DNA of 63,813 nucleotides from an uncultured Anaerolinea sp. (lineage in GTDB: Bacteria > Chloroflexota > Anaerolineae > Anaerolineales > Villigracilaceae): assembly GCA_964385315.1 (NCBI GenBank), contig CAYLOW010000001.1:1-63813 (forward strand). Direction: 5' to 3'. Below are positions 39,025-49,724 of this stretch, one piece after another. Position numbers and translations under genes: made by a program. The notes under the pieces are model-generated. The model was not told the DNA's origin, ran no database searches, and worked only from the letters and a program-made list of their open reading frames with translations. Positions within the stretch are counted from its first letter, which is position 1. Every line of letters starts with the position of its first letter.

Positions 39025-39166
39025 TCAACTGATTTCGGAAATCTTTTGTATTTCTGAAAAAAGTACGCCCATTGTGCTTTTTTGTCAACATGACTCATGT
39101 ATCTTTTTATTTTTTTTCTTTTGGAGTATTATTGCTAAATCGCACAAGGAAAAAGGAGAAAAAATC

Positions 39167-39937
39167 ATGAAATCACAATATCGTATGCCATTAGTTTTTG
39201 TTGTTTTATTGTTAGCTGTGGGTTTGGCTTGTTTTGGGGGCGGCACAGTTCCGGTTGCCACGCAGCCTCCTGTAAATGTGGAGCCGCCTGTTGTTGCAAC
39301 GGTCGAACAGCCTCAGACTGAAGCACCCGTTGCTGCCGAGCCTCCCGCTACAGAGGCGTCCACGGCTCCTGATTTCTTTACTGAAGAGTTTGACGGTGAT
39401 ATTAGCAATTGGACGTACTTTACAAGCAAGAACGACTCGACCGCTGATGACAGCAGTGTTAATCCTATTGCAGAAAATAGCGTTCTTACGTTGGACCTTT
39501 CCAAATATTTAAATGTTTATGTGATGTATGACCCTTTTACATATACAAACGTTCGCGTGGATGCGCGTGTGGAAAATCGCGGCACAAATAACAATAACAT
39601 TAATCTTGTCTGCCGTTATTCCGACGAAGGCTGGTATGAGGTGTCTATTGCAAATAACGGTTTGTATGATCTTTATGCTTATGATGGCGCCAAAGGCAGT
39701 TATGCCAAACTTGCAAACGGCGGTTCGAACAAAATAAAAACAGGCAAGGAAGTGAATGAATATACATTCATATGCAATGAACGCAATTTAATTCTTAAAG
39801 TCAATGGTATTGATACCAAAACATTTACTGATAACCAATATGTTTTTCGTGAAGGACAAATCGGTATCGGCGCTTCATCATTTAGGGATGTGCCAGTTAA
39901 AGTTGAATTTGACTGGGTAAAGATCAGTGAGCCATAA
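39167..39937 (+). CDS. Lipoprotein with Pro/Thr linker and beta-sandwich (lectin-like) domain
   Basis: SD AAGGAG, signal peptide ending LAC, FFTEEFDG, EGQIGIG. Confidence 0.7.
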   Translation: MKSQYRMPLVFVVLLLAVGLACFGGGTVPVATQPPVNVEPPVVATVEQPQTEAPVAAEPPATEASTAPDFFTEEFDGDISNWTYFTSKNDSTADDSSVNPIAENSVLTLDLSKYLNVYVMYDPFTYTNVRVDARVENRGTNNNNINLVCRYSDEGWYEVSIANNGLYDLYAYDGAKGSYAKLANGGSNKIKTGKEVNEYTFICNERNLILKVNGIDTKTFTDNQYVFREGQIGIGASSFRDVPVKVEFDWVKISEP

Positions 39938-39952
39938 ATTTTTCTGATTAAT

Positions 39953-39984
39953 AAAAAGAGACTGGAGAAATCCAGTTTCTTTTT
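39953..39984. terminator. Intrinsic terminator
   Basis: AAAAAGAGACTGGA-gaaa-TCCAGTTTCTTTTT. Confidence 0.75.
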
Positions 39985-40000
39985 ATGCTACAATAATTTT

Positions 40001-40831
40001 ATGCTTGACCTTCGCCCTTCACCAATTGCCGGCACATGGTACGAGGGTAACGCGAAAAAACTCGCTGCCAACGTGGATGCGTATCTCGAAGCTGCCCGGA
40101 TTCCAAAACTGACTGGAGATGTTATTGCGGTCATCGCCCCGCATGCGGGACACATTTATTCGGGCGGGGTTGCTGCACACGCCTTTGCAGCCATTCGTGA
40201 CCTTGCTCCCGACTTGGTCGTTGTTATCTCACCCTTTCATAATTTTGAGCCGCATCCGTTGCTCACAACCAAGCATCAGGCATATTCCACCCCACTGGGG
40301 AATATCGAGGTGGATCGCGCGGCATTTTCGGATTTGCAGCAAAACCTGGGATCTCCGATCATGGCCATTGCCAATGACCGCGAACATTCGCTCGAAATTG
40401 AGCTTCCGTTTTTACAACGCGCCCTTAAAAATAATTTCAAACTTCTGCCGCTTATGGTTCGTGTGCAGGAAGCAGACGCCGCAAAGAAATTAGGGCGTGC
40501 CCTTGCGAAAACGATCGAAAAGCAAAACACGCTTATTGTTGCTTCCACCGACCTCTCGCATTTTTACGATCAGCAGACAGCAAAAATGCTGGATGAAGAA
40601 ATGCTCAAACGTTTTGAGACCTTAAACCCCGAATCTGTTTTCGAAGGTGAGCAAACAGGCAAAGGTTTTGCCTGCGGGCATGCCGCTGTTGCTGCAATGT
40701 TATGGGCGGCGCGTGATCTCGGCGCAAACAAGGTACAAATTCTAAAATACGCCACCTCAGGTGATGTCACAGGGGATTATTCATCTGTCGTTGGCTATGG
40801 CGCGGCAGTTGTTTTACGGGATACCGTATAG
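40001..40831 (+). CDS. MEMO1 family protein (AmmeMemoRadiSam protein B)
   Basis: IAGTWY, APHAGHIYSG, EHSLEIELPFLQ, ASTDLSH, VVGYGA. Confidence 0.92.
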   Translation: MLDLRPSPIAGTWYEGNAKKLAANVDAYLEAARIPKLTGDVIAVIAPHAGHIYSGGVAAHAFAAIRDLAPDLVVVISPFHNFEPHPLLTTKHQAYSTPLGNIEVDRAAFSDLQQNLGSPIMAIANDREHSLEIELPFLQRALKNNFKLLPLMVRVQEADAAKKLGRALAKTIEKQNTLIVASTDLSHFYDQQTAKMLDEEMLKRFETLNPESVFEGEQTGKGFACGHAAVAAMLWAARDLGANKVQILKYATSGDVTGDYSSVVGYGAAVVLRDTV

Positions 40832-41056
40832 TTAATAGAAAAGGCGCACGTTTTATCATCCTGCGCCAAAAATAGAACCCAGCTTTCCTTTACCCAACGC
40901 TCCCCCAATTCTCACAGCATCAAGAAATGGCTTCTTTAAGCCGGTATCGTGGATTTTATCCATGCCGGCATGTATTTTCTCATTTTCGCATCCCACGATC
41001 ATGCCGTAATTGTTATATCAATCTCCGGTTTCCACTATCGCCGTTATAATCGCACC

Positions 41057-43498
41057 ATGTTTGCCCGTGTTGCTGTTAACGTTTCTACAGTCTCAGATCT
41101 CTTTGATTATTCCATCCCTCCTGAACTTGAAACGCAGCTTCAATCGGGATGTTTGGTAATCGTGCCTTTTGGGAATCAGATGGTGCATGGAATCATTGTT
41201 CATTTGATCGATTCTCCTGCAGTGGAGAATCCTAAACCGATCCTTGACCTGCTCGACCCTGCCCCAGTATTGACTCTGCCCCTGCTTAGTCTTGCCATTC
41301 GTCTGGCAGAATCCACGTTGAACCCTTTGGCTTCCATTATCAGCCTCATGCTTCCAACGGGATTGAGCCAACAGGCGGATATGCTGTATCAGATCGTGGA
41401 AAATAGACCGCAGCCCCTGAGCGATGGACAATTGTCTGTGGTTCATCGTCGTTTGCTTGACTTATTAAAACAACGGGGACCTTTGCGTGGACGCCAAATT
41501 GATTCGCATTTCGCAAAAATAGACTGGCGCAAAACCGCATCGGTTCTTCTTAAGAAGGGCATACTTTCTTCGAAGCATGTTTTACCTGCTCCGCGTGTCA
41601 GGCCCAAATATCTGCGCGTTGCCCAACTCTCCGTCCCCCCTGAAGAGGCGGAAGCGGAGATGCCCAACTTAGGGACAAAGCAGACTCTGGCACGTCGTCA
41701 ATCCGCATTGCGATTTCTTATCCAACAGCCCGATGCCATCAACCTTTCCTGGGTCTATGCCGAAACAGGCTGTAACCTAGCCGACCTGCAGGAACTGGAA
41801 GAGCGGGGCTTGATTCGCTTGTTCGAAAGCGAAATCTTCCGCGACTCGCTCGAAAACCTTGGCCGACAGATAAGCAAAGAATCTCGGTCACAGGCCCTGA
41901 CTCTCACCGCTGAACAGGCTTTTTCACTTAAAGAAATCAACCACGCTGTGACGTCCAATGACCAAAATTCAGCGTTTCTGCTTTATGGAATTACCGGCTC
42001 CGGCAAAACCGAAATATACCTTCGTGCAGCCGAAGAAACCATCAAGCGCGGCAGGCAAGTCATCATCCTTGTTCCTGAAATTGCCTTGACCCCGCAAGCG
42101 GTGCGGCGGTTTCTCTCGCGCTTTCCCGGACAAGTTGGATTGGTTCATTCGAAACTCTCGGAAGGGGAGCGATATGATACCTGGCGCAGGGCACGGTCGG
42201 GAAAACTCAAAGTCATTATCGGCGCACGCTCGGCCTTGTTTTCACCTTTACCTGATATCGGTTTGATCGTCGTGGATGAGTGTCACGATTCATCGTTTTA
42301 TCAATCCGAACCGCCGAATTATCATGCCGTTACTGCTGCGCAGGATTATGCCCGTTTGTGCGGAGCTGTCTGTGTGTTGGGGTCCGCCACTCCCACTGTG
42401 GAACAAAGATTTCAAGCGGAAAATGGACAATTGATCAAGTTGGAATTGCCGCGCCGCATTGTTGAAACAGGCCTGCCTGCTGTGCAGGTGGTGGATATGC
42501 GCGAGGAACTCAAAAATGGCAATCGTGGGATCTTTTCTCGTGTGCTGGCCGAGTCACTGGCAGAGACCATCTCACGTGGCGAGCAGGCCATCCTCTTCCT
42601 TAATCGGCGCGGCACTGCCACTTATATTTTTTGCCGTGACTGCGGGCTGGTACTGAAATGTCCCAATTGTGAAACACCGCTGACCCTGCATACCGATGAA
42701 AAAGATAAATTACTATGTCACCACTGCAACTACACGCGAAAAATTCCGCAGACCTGCCCTGCCTGCGATGGGAAGAATATCCGTGCCTATGGGCTTGGCA
42801 GTGAAAAAGTGGAAGCCGATGTGCAAGCCATGTTCCCAAATATCCGCACCCTGCGCTGGGATTGGGATACAACACGCCAAAAGGATGCTCATGAAATGAT
42901 CCTCACGCATTTCGCCAATCACCAGGCAGATGTGCTGGTGGGAACGCAAATGCTCGCAAAAGGTTTGGATCTGCCTTTGGTTACTTTGGTCGGAATTGTT
43001 CTGGCAGATGTGGGCTTGAATTTGCCCGACCCATTTGCTAGTGAAAGGGTTTTTCAAACGCTGACCCAGGTCGCGGGGCGCGCAGGGCGTTCATCTTTGG
43101 GGGGCAAAGTAGTTTTGCAAACCTTTATGCCTGAACATTATGCGGTTCAATTCGCTTCGCGCCATGATGTGAACGGATTTTATGAACGCGAGTTGGAATA
43201 TCGTAAACAGTTGGGTTATCCTCCTTACGCGAGACTTGTGAGGCTGGAATATCGCCATTCCGACCCGCTCAAGGCCGAGGAGGATGCCCAGAAAATCGCG
43301 GCCAGACTCAGGGAAAGGATAAAGATCGAAGGTCGTCATCAAACAGAATTGATCGGGCCCGTTCCCTCTTTCTTTTCCAAAGTTGACAGCATCTATCGCT
43401 GGCAAATTATCGTACGTGGACCTGATCCCGGTTCTTTGCTTCACGATTTTAAATTAAAAGACTGGCGTGTTGAAGTTAACCCGATTAGTTTGCTATAA
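41057..43498 (+). CDS. priA: Primosomal protein N'
   Basis: GITGSGKTE, LVPEIALTPQ, DECH, LGSATP, four CxxC motifs, GTQMLAKGLD, QVAGRAGR. Confidence 0.96.
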   Translation: MFARVAVNVSTVSDLFDYSIPPELETQLQSGCLVIVPFGNQMVHGIIVHLIDSPAVENPKPILDLLDPAPVLTLPLLSLAIRLAESTLNPLASIISLMLPTGLSQQADMLYQIVENRPQPLSDGQLSVVHRRLLDLLKQRGPLRGRQIDSHFAKIDWRKTASVLLKKGILSSKHVLPAPRVRPKYLRVAQLSVPPEEAEAEMPNLGTKQTLARRQSALRFLIQQPDAINLSWVYAETGCNLADLQELEERGLIRLFESEIFRDSLENLGRQISKESRSQALTLTAEQAFSLKEINHAVTSNDQNSAFLLYGITGSGKTEIYLRAAEETIKRGRQVIILVPEIALTPQAVRRFLSRFPGQVGLVHSKLSEGERYDTWRRARSGKLKVIIGARSALFSPLPDIGLIVVDECHDSSFYQSEPPNYHAVTAAQDYARLCGAVCVLGSATPTVEQRFQAENGQLIKLELPRRIVETGLPAVQVVDMREELKNGNRGIFSRVLAESLAETISRGEQAILFLNRRGTATYIFCRDCGLVLKCPNCETPLTLHTDEKDKLLCHHCNYTRKIPQTCPACDGKNIRAYGLGSEKVEADVQAMFPNIRTLRWDWDTTRQKDAHEMILTHFANHQADVLVGTQMLAKGLDLPLVTLVGIVLADVGLNLPDPFASERVFQTLTQVAGRAGRSSLGGKVVLQTFMPEHYAVQFASRHDVNGFYERELEYRKQLGYPPYARLVRLEYRHSDPLKAEEDAQKIAARLRERIKIEGRHQTELIGPVPSFFSKVDSIYRWQIIVRGPDPGSLLHDFKLKDWRVEVNPISLL

Positions 43499-43590
43499 TC
43501 TGAGCGTCCCGAAGATTTCCTTCGAAAACCATGTGGAGGTTTTCAATCCCTGGGACTGTGCATATAACATTAATTTTAGGAGAGTGAACC

Positions 43591-44487
43591 ATGCAAAGTT
43601 TTTCCCGCGGGTGGTCTTTTCTCAAGCAAGCCTGGGAAATGGCATTTAAGGATAAGGATTTGCTCAAGCCTTCGATCTATGCGCTAGTGGCTGGCATGAT
43701 TGTTTCTGTAATAGGCATAATTCCTTTGGCGATCGGATATTTCATTTTTGGCACCGACGGCATTGGCGGATTTGTGATGTTCATCATGGGGGGTATTCTG
43801 GTCTTTGTACAATTTGTAGTGGCATACGTTTTTTCAGGCATGACGGTTTATCTGATCTATGGCTATCTTTCGGAAGGGGACGGCAGAATGGATAAGGCAT
43901 GGGAAATTGTGCGCCGTGATTTTTTTGATATTCTGACCCTGGCTGCAGCTTCGACTGTCGTGAATATGCTGAAAACCGCTGCGCAACGCAACAAAAAGAA
44001 CAGCATCGCCGCCAGTCTCGCGCGCTCGGCGACGAGCCTGCTCGAAACCCTGTGGACGGAAGCTTCACTTCTTGTTTTACCTGCGATGATCATTGATGAC
44101 TTGAATCTCAAAGATGGGATGCAGCGTGTTTGGAAGATCACCAAGGAAAATCTTTTGCTGGTCGGCATTAGTACAGTGGGTGTGCGCTGGGTAACAGGGT
44201 TGATCACCTTTATTTTTGGCGCGATCGGTTTAGTGATTGCACTTGCAATAGGAGGAGGCTCGGCTTACATCTCTGGTGGCAGCACGGCACTTTCGCTTGT
44301 TGGCATTGTCATCGGCGCATTGATCTTCTTCGCGTTTGTGATGGTGGCAAGCGTTTTCAGTTCCTACACCAACACCGCTTATCATACCTGCCTTTATATT
44401 TGGTCACGGGAAGTGGAAACTGCCAGGGCGCAGGGCAGTTCTGTGCAGGTAAAGGCTCCCGCCCCGTTGGCGGCAGCACTGGTTTAA
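43591..44487 (+). CDS. Conserved membrane protein (DUF6159-like)
   Basis: FSRGWSFLKQAWEM..DKDLL; about five TM segments. Confidence 0.6.
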   Translation: MQSFSRGWSFLKQAWEMAFKDKDLLKPSIYALVAGMIVSVIGIIPLAIGYFIFGTDGIGGFVMFIMGGILVFVQFVVAYVFSGMTVYLIYGYLSEGDGRMDKAWEIVRRDFFDILTLAAASTVVNMLKTAAQRNKKNSIAASLARSATSLLETLWTEASLLVLPAMIIDDLNLKDGMQRVWKITKENLLLVGISTVGVRWVTGLITFIFGAIGLVIALAIGGGSAYISGGSTALSLVGIVIGALIFFAFVMVASVFSSYTNTAYHTCLYIWSREVETARAQGSSVQVKAPAPLAAALV

Positions 44488-44548
44488 TTATCATTGACCT
44501 GACCGATTTACAAGATTCGCAGGTCATATCATTGTAAAAAGGAAATCC

Positions 44549-45058
44549 ATGCAACCTGAACCTCGACGCGAAATAATCACATGGCAGGAAGTGGACAAGC
44601 TGATCGATTACCTGCTGCCCCAGTTCAAACGTGAATTCACTGCCATGGTGATGATCACCCGTGGCGGTGTGGTCCCTGGTGGAATGCTTGCCGAAGCCAT
44701 GGATATTACCCATATCCTTACTGCTGCAGTGGATTTCCCCGCCCAATCGAAGACTGAAAAATCCAACCTGATGGTCTGGCCCCAGTTTATTCAATTCCCT
44801 GTGGAAGACAAGCTGCGTGGACGCCCGACGCTGATCGTGGACGATGTTTGGGGATCAGGGCGGACAATTACGGCGGTAAAAAACCGTGTTTCTGCGTCTG
44901 GCGGCTTCCCTGAAACTTGCGTTTTGCATTTCAACCCATACCGGAACTTATTTGGCAGTGTCCGACCTGATTATTACGCGGCTGTGACCGATGCCCGCAT
45001 TGTTTACCCGTGGGAGATCTCCCGCGGTACAGACCAGGTTTTACTGGGAGAGGTTTAG
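44549..45058 (+). CDS. Type I phosphoribosyltransferase (Gpt-like)
   Basis: ITRGG, PRPP loop LIVDDVWGSGRT, PDYYA..IVYPWE. Confidence 0.88.
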   Translation: MQPEPRREIITWQEVDKLIDYLLPQFKREFTAMVMITRGGVVPGGMLAEAMDITHILTAAVDFPAQSKTEKSNLMVWPQFIQFPVEDKLRGRPTLIVDDVWGSGRTITAVKNRVSASGGFPETCVLHFNPYRNLFGSVRPDYYAAVTDARIVYPWEISRGTDQVLLGEV

Positions 45059-45111
45059 TCGAGACCCAATTCGGGAATTTTGCAAAACCATCAGGGCACT
45101 GTAGAAGCTTT

Positions 45112-45798
45112 ATGAAACCAGTTGAAACAAGCATACAAGAACGCCTCGGTATTTTGCGCGGCAATGAATATTTTGATGATCTGCCTGAAGCAATGCTGAA
45201 GGAAGTCTCAGCTCATATGCATCTGCGTGAATATCAGCGTGGAGATGTGCTTTTTTGGGAAGGTGACCCATGCGATGGTTTACATATCGTTCAACAGGGG
45301 CTTGCAAAAATATTCCGTCTTTCACCACAAGGACGCCAGTACATCGTGCGGATTTTACAGGAGGGAGATACCTTTGCCGAGGTCCCCGCGTTTGATGGTA
45401 CGACAAACCCAGTTAATGTGGAGGCCTTGGAAAATTGTTCAATTTGGGTGATCGACGGTAATAAGCTGCGCGGGCTTGTGAGTTTATATCCGCAGTTCGC
45501 GCAGAAGGTGCTGGGGAACTTTGGGAAAATGCTGCGCGGTATGGTTCACAAGGTCAGTGAGATGGCTTTTTATCAGGTGACACATCGTCTGGCAAGATTA
45601 ATCTCGGAAATGTCCGAGGAGAAATCCGTGCCTCATTGGACTCAGGAACAACTTGCAGCGCGGCTGGGCACGGTACGCGAAGTGGTGGCGCGTTCACTGA
45701 AGGAATTGGAACGCAGCGGTGCGATCAAAATTGAGGATCGGCGAATTCAGATCGCGGATAAGGAAATCTTTAGCCAATGGTCACAGCCGGGTAATTGA
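45112..45798 (+). CDS. Crp/Fnr family transcriptional regulator
   Basis: cNMP-binding domain (LFWEGD, GDTFAE) plus HTH TQEQLAARLGTVREVVAR. Confidence 0.93.
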   Translation: MKPVETSIQERLGILRGNEYFDDLPEAMLKEVSAHMHLREYQRGDVLFWEGDPCDGLHIVQQGLAKIFRLSPQGRQYIVRILQEGDTFAEVPAFDGTTNPVNVEALENCSIWVIDGNKLRGLVSLYPQFAQKVLGNFGKMLRGMVHKVSEMAFYQVTHRLARLISEMSEEKSVPHWTQEQLAARLGTVREVVARSLKELERSGAIKIEDRRIQIADKEIFSQWSQPGN

Positions 45799-45812
45799 CC
45801 AATGATGACCGA

Positions 45813-45863
45813 TAGAAATGAAAAGTGCGCCATCCTCAAAGGATAACGCACTTTTCATTTCTA
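45813..45863. terminator. Bidirectional terminator between the Crp/Fnr gene and nrfA
   Basis: 17-bp perfect stem TAGAAATGAAAAGTGCG / CGCACTTTTCATTTCTA. Confidence 0.8.
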
Positions 45864-45881
45864 ACATATTGTTTTTAAGAA

Positions 45882-47219
45882 TTATGGAGCTGGTGTCGCG
45901 TAATACGTACCGGTGGCGAGCAGCGCTGTATCACCTACGGATTGCGCTGCGAACATTTGCGCCTGTCGCGCGCGGTTTGTGGCTTCTGCAAGAGTCTTCA
46001 ATGCATATTCTGGATTGTGGAAGCCTGTGCTGTTTTCAGCAGAGACAATGTCCCACATGTACTGCGCTTCGCGATGAAGTTTACGCGCCTTGTCCAGCAA
46101 TGCCGGGTCTGCATTGCCCGCGGCAACTGCGGCTTTGATGGAGTTGATCGCATCTACAATCGCATCTTCCGTTGTAACCTTGGTGTTGGCAACCTGTTCC
46201 TGGATAGTGTTAACACGGTCAACGACATAGTTCGTGTCGGCATGGCACTGGCCGCAGGATTCTTCAGGGTTGAGCAGCGGGCTGTGTACATCATGTGAGG
46301 AATATTTCGTTGCGCCATCACTTGTGTACGGCATGTGGCAATCGGCGCAGGATACACCTGCCTTGAAGTGAGTCGAGCCGGCAGTGAAGGTTTCATATTC
46401 AGGGTGCTGTGCCTTGAGCATGGGCGTATCAGTACCAGGATACACCCAATCTTTGAAACCACTTTCTTCGTAATAGCTCAGGATCTCTTCAACCTTGGTC
46501 CCATTATCCCATGGGAACGTCAAATACTTGCCGTCGCCCTTGAAATAATATTCAACATGACAGTTCGCGCAAACCACTGTCCGCATTTCCTGACGCGTGA
46601 AGGTTGTCCAATCCTTCCCCTGACGTTCAAATGCTTCCTTGAGCGCAGGGTTGGTCACGATCAGCCGCATGGTTCCTGCTTCGTGGCAATTGGCGCAGCC
46701 GATGGTATTGTTGATGTTCGGCGTCATCTCGTTAAAGGTCATCTTGTCATAGGCTTCCATACCCATTTTGTTCCACAAGCCGGGGTTGTCGGCTGATTTG
46801 CATGAATAGCAGGTGGCAGGGGTATGTTTTGGATCCGAGTCATCCAAGTTCAAACGTTTGGTTGCACGGACATCTTCGAGCATGTTTATGTGACCGCGGT
46901 CATCGTTGTAATCCTTGCTGAATGGATAACCTGCAAATAAGATTACCTGGCGCGGATCACGCTCAAGCCATGAGAAATTTGAAGAGCCGCCGTAGGTGGT
47001 GTCTACATTGTTCGTTTTGGTCTTCATCAACGTATCATATTGGTTGGGAAAGTTAACCGCCCACCGGGTTGAATCAGGTTCCATTTGAGCGATCTTAACC
47101 AACGGTTGTACGGAGCGTTTTTCAGTGGGTTGATTTTTCACATACGCCAGAACGCCGACAAGCACAACAGACAAAATAACCACTACGCCTGTCAAAATAA
47201 GATTGGTGTAATTTTTCAT
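45882..47219 (-). CDS. nrfA: Ammonia-forming cytochrome c nitrite reductase
   Basis: Five haem motifs CYSCK, CANCH, CANCH(VEYYF), CADCH, CGQCH; diagnostic KAQHPE; ENSTGFH. Confidence 0.96.
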   Translation of the reverse strand: MKNYTNLILTGVVVILSVVLVGVLAYVKNQPTEKRSVQPLVKIAQMEPDSTRWAVNFPNQYDTLMKTKTNNVDTTYGGSSNFSWLERDPRQVILFAGYPFSKDYNDDRGHINMLEDVRATKRLNLDDSDPKHTPATCYSCKSADNPGLWNKMGMEAYDKMTFNEMTPNINNTIGCANCHEAGTMRLIVTNPALKEAFERQGKDWTTFTRQEMRTVVCANCHVEYYFKGDGKYLTFPWDNGTKVEEILSYYEESGFKDWVYPGTDTPMLKAQHPEYETFTAGSTHFKAGVSCADCHMPYTSDGATKYSSHDVHSPLLNPEESCGQCHADTNYVVDRVNTIQEQVANTKVTTEDAIVDAINSIKAAVAAGNADPALLDKARKLHREAQYMWDIVSAENSTGFHNPEYALKTLAEATNRARQAQMFAAQSVGDTALLATGTYYATPAP

Positions 47220-47233
47220 TGATGCATTCTCCT

Positions 47234-47722
47234 TTACTTAATTGGATAGAGGGTTGAGTCTTGATAGGGAATACTTGAAGCACCGCGAGTTCCGTGTGCT
47301 ACGGTGCGATGGCAGTCCCAGCAGTAACGATCGAAGGGCTGCGCACCCATCATAAGGGTTTCCGCCGCACCTTCGTGGCAGCGTATGCAATTTTCTTGAA
47401 TGATCCCTTTTGTCTTCTCATTTGCGCGGATCGCCGCAGGAATATTCCCCGCGATAAAAGCGTAGGTGTCTTTTGCGCCCTGTCGGCCCTTTTCGGCATA
47501 ATACACCGCAAAATTATCGTGCGGCAAATGACAGTCGGTACATTTGGCAAACCCTTCGTGCCCGCCGTGGTACCAATTCTCGTACTGCGAATCCATAACA
47601 TGGCAATTGGCACAAGTCTCTGGCGCACTTCCACCATAAGTTGTGGCTTTGGTAGTAAAAACAAAATATCCCAGCGCCAGGATCGCGGTTCCGATGGCCA
47701 TAAAGAACGGAAATTTCAACAT
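47234..47722 (-). CDS. nrfH: Cytochrome c nitrite reductase small subunit (quinol dehydrogenase)
   Basis: N-terminal TM plus four CxxCH motifs (CANCHVM, CTDCHLP, CIRCH, CWDCH); upstream of nrfA. Confidence 0.94.
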   Translation of the reverse strand: MLKFPFFMAIGTAILALGYFVFTTKATTYGGSAPETCANCHVMDSQYENWYHGGHEGFAKCTDCHLPHDNFAVYYAEKGRQGAKDTYAFIAGNIPAAIRANEKTKGIIQENCIRCHEGAAETLMMGAQPFDRYCWDCHRTVAHGTRGASSIPYQDSTLYPIK

Positions 47723-47781
47723 TGGCTCTCCTTGGATAAAATTAACCTGCTAATAATATAAGGTAATTAGTAAAAAAATGT

Positions 47782-47797
47782 TGTGATTTTTGTCACA
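47782..47797. promoter_or_regulatory. CRP/FNR-family binding site upstream of nrfH
   Basis: Perfect TGTGA-N6-TCACA; candidate -10 TATATT at 47760-47755 on the minus strand. Confidence 0.8.
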
Positions 47798-47948
47798 TTT
47801 CCGCCAGTGATACAATCAAAATGAAAGAAATCTGCAAGCAGAACTTGCGATTTCTCCTGATTTTCTCAAGAAGTTGTACTTCTGAGCTCTAAAAACTTGG
47901 AAAGAGTCGTAATCTAACATTGTATAATTTTCTACCATTGGAGCCTGA

Positions 47949-49640
47949 ATGAAAAAAACTCGTCTGCGCGGACGTTATCTCCGAATTCTTACTTTTTTTG
48001 CGGGCGTTATTGTCCGTTTTATTTACTGGGAATTGATAGTTCGCAAGATCGGTTTTCGCCAACTTGCAAAACAAACGCGTCCCGAACGCCTTCGCCGTGA
48101 GGCGCTTCGCTTCCGAGCATTGGCATTACACATGGGAGGGGTAATGATCAAGGTTGGTCAATTCCTTTCCTCGCGGCTGGATGTACTTCCACCCGAGGTC
48201 ACCGATACCCTTGCTGACTTGCAGGATGAAGTTCCGTCAGAAAGTTTCGCAGATATTCGCGAACTGGCAGAACAGGAACTCGGCGCACCGCTCTCGGAAA
48301 AATTTGACTGGTTTGATGAAACTCCACTTGCCGCCGCATCCCTGGGTCAGGCACACAAAGCCAGATTGCGGACGGATGAAGACTCAGATTTTGTCAACGT
48401 TGTCGTCAAAATCCAGCGGCCCAACATCTCATCCATCGTCTCAATTGACCTTTCTGCGTTAAAGCGTGTGGGGGGGTGGTTGATGCGCTACCGTCCAATC
48501 CGTGAACATGCCGACGTGCCGGCGTTGCTGCGCGAATTCTCAACGACAGTGTACGAGGAGATCGACTACAAACAGGAAGCCAGTAATGCCGAAACCTTTT
48601 TTGATAATTTTAAGGACGATAAATATGTAAATGTACCGCGTGTTGTCAGAAGCCTTTCCACGCTGCGCGTGCTGACATTGGAAGATGTATTTGCCATCAA
48701 GATCTCTGATTACGATGCCATCACTGCCGCAGGTGTTGACCGCAGCGAAGTGGCGCGAAAATTATTGGATGTCTATCTTGAACAAATTTTCGAAGACGGA
48801 TTTTTTCATGCCGACCCGCACCCGGGCAATTTATTTGTCACACCGCTGCCGCCGGCCAAGGGCAGCAAACGTAAATCTGTGCGCTGGCAATTGACCTTTG
48901 TGGATTTTGGCATGGTGGGACACGTGCCAGAAAATCTTCGCAAGGGATTACGGGAGACAGTGATCGCCGTTGGCACTCGTAATGCGGCACGTTTAATAAA
49001 AGCGTATAAAGAGTTGGGATTTTTATTACCTGGTGCGGATACACAGGCATTGGAACAAGCCTCGGCGGTTGTATTTGACCGCTTCTGGGGTATGTCGATG
49101 AGTGAGTTGCAAAATGTACGCCCGAGTGATGTACATGAAATCGGTCATCGTGTGCGCGATGTGATGGTGGAGACTCCGTTTCAGGTGCCAAATGATCTAT
49201 TGATGCTGCTTCGCACGATTGCCATTCTCTCTGGTATGTGCACTGGCTTGGATGCGAATTTTAATCTGTGGGAACTGCTTGCCCCGTACGCCGGCAAGCT
49301 TGTCAAAGACGAGGCTTCGTCCGCATTTGATTTGGATAATATTCTTAAACAGGTTGGGGATGTGGTGCAAGCCTTTTTCGCCCTGCCTTCCCAGGCCAGC
49401 CGCCTGATCGCGCAAATAGAATCTGGCGGTTTGGTGGTTCAATCTCCCCACTTAATGCACGAAGTCCGCACTCTAGGGCGCTCGGTGGATCGCCTGACTG
49501 GCGGCGTAATATTTGCCGCATTATTGGTCAGCGGGGTGATGTTAATAAATAGCGGGAACAGCCGAATTGGGGAAAGTTTGCTGGGAGCTGCAGGTGCGAC
49601 GTTATTGTGGGTACTGTTTCGGGGAAGGGGTGGGAATTAA
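47949..49640 (+). CDS. ABC1/AarF/UbiB family atypical kinase
   Basis: IKVGQ, PLAAASLGQAH, VVKIQRP, FFHADPHPGN, VDFGMVG; C-terminal TM segments. Confidence 0.93.
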   Translation: MKKTRLRGRYLRILTFFAGVIVRFIYWELIVRKIGFRQLAKQTRPERLRREALRFRALALHMGGVMIKVGQFLSSRLDVLPPEVTDTLADLQDEVPSESFADIRELAEQELGAPLSEKFDWFDETPLAAASLGQAHKARLRTDEDSDFVNVVVKIQRPNISSIVSIDLSALKRVGGWLMRYRPIREHADVPALLREFSTTVYEEIDYKQEASNAETFFDNFKDDKYVNVPRVVRSLSTLRVLTLEDVFAIKISDYDAITAAGVDRSEVARKLLDVYLEQIFEDGFFHADPHPGNLFVTPLPPAKGSKRKSVRWQLTFVDFGMVGHVPENLRKGLRETVIAVGTRNAARLIKAYKELGFLLPGADTQALEQASAVVFDRFWGMSMSELQNVRPSDVHEIGHRVRDVMVETPFQVPNDLLMLLRTIAILSGMCTGLDANFNLWELLAPYAGKLVKDEASSAFDLDNILKQVGDVVQAFFALPSQASRLIAQIESGGLVVQSPHLMHEVRTLGRSVDRLTGGVIFAALLVSGVMLINSGNSRIGESLLGAAGATLLWVLFRGRGGN

Positions 49641-49724
49641 AGAAATTATTCGCAAAGGGAACTTTGGAAAATAAAATTCCCAGGTTTCCTTTGTTCCTCT
49701 TTGCGAATTTTGAATTTAATATTT

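Noticed and set aside
38894-39166. N-terminal extensions given by the ORF track (also at 7197, 40949, 45010, 53370, 58077)
   Set aside because: They overlap upstream genes or intergenic DNA; downstream ATGs have SD or -10 support.
40001-40831. Complete AmmeMemoRadiSam system
   Set aside because: Only the MEMO1 component is present; no AMMECR1 or radical SAM gene is nearby.
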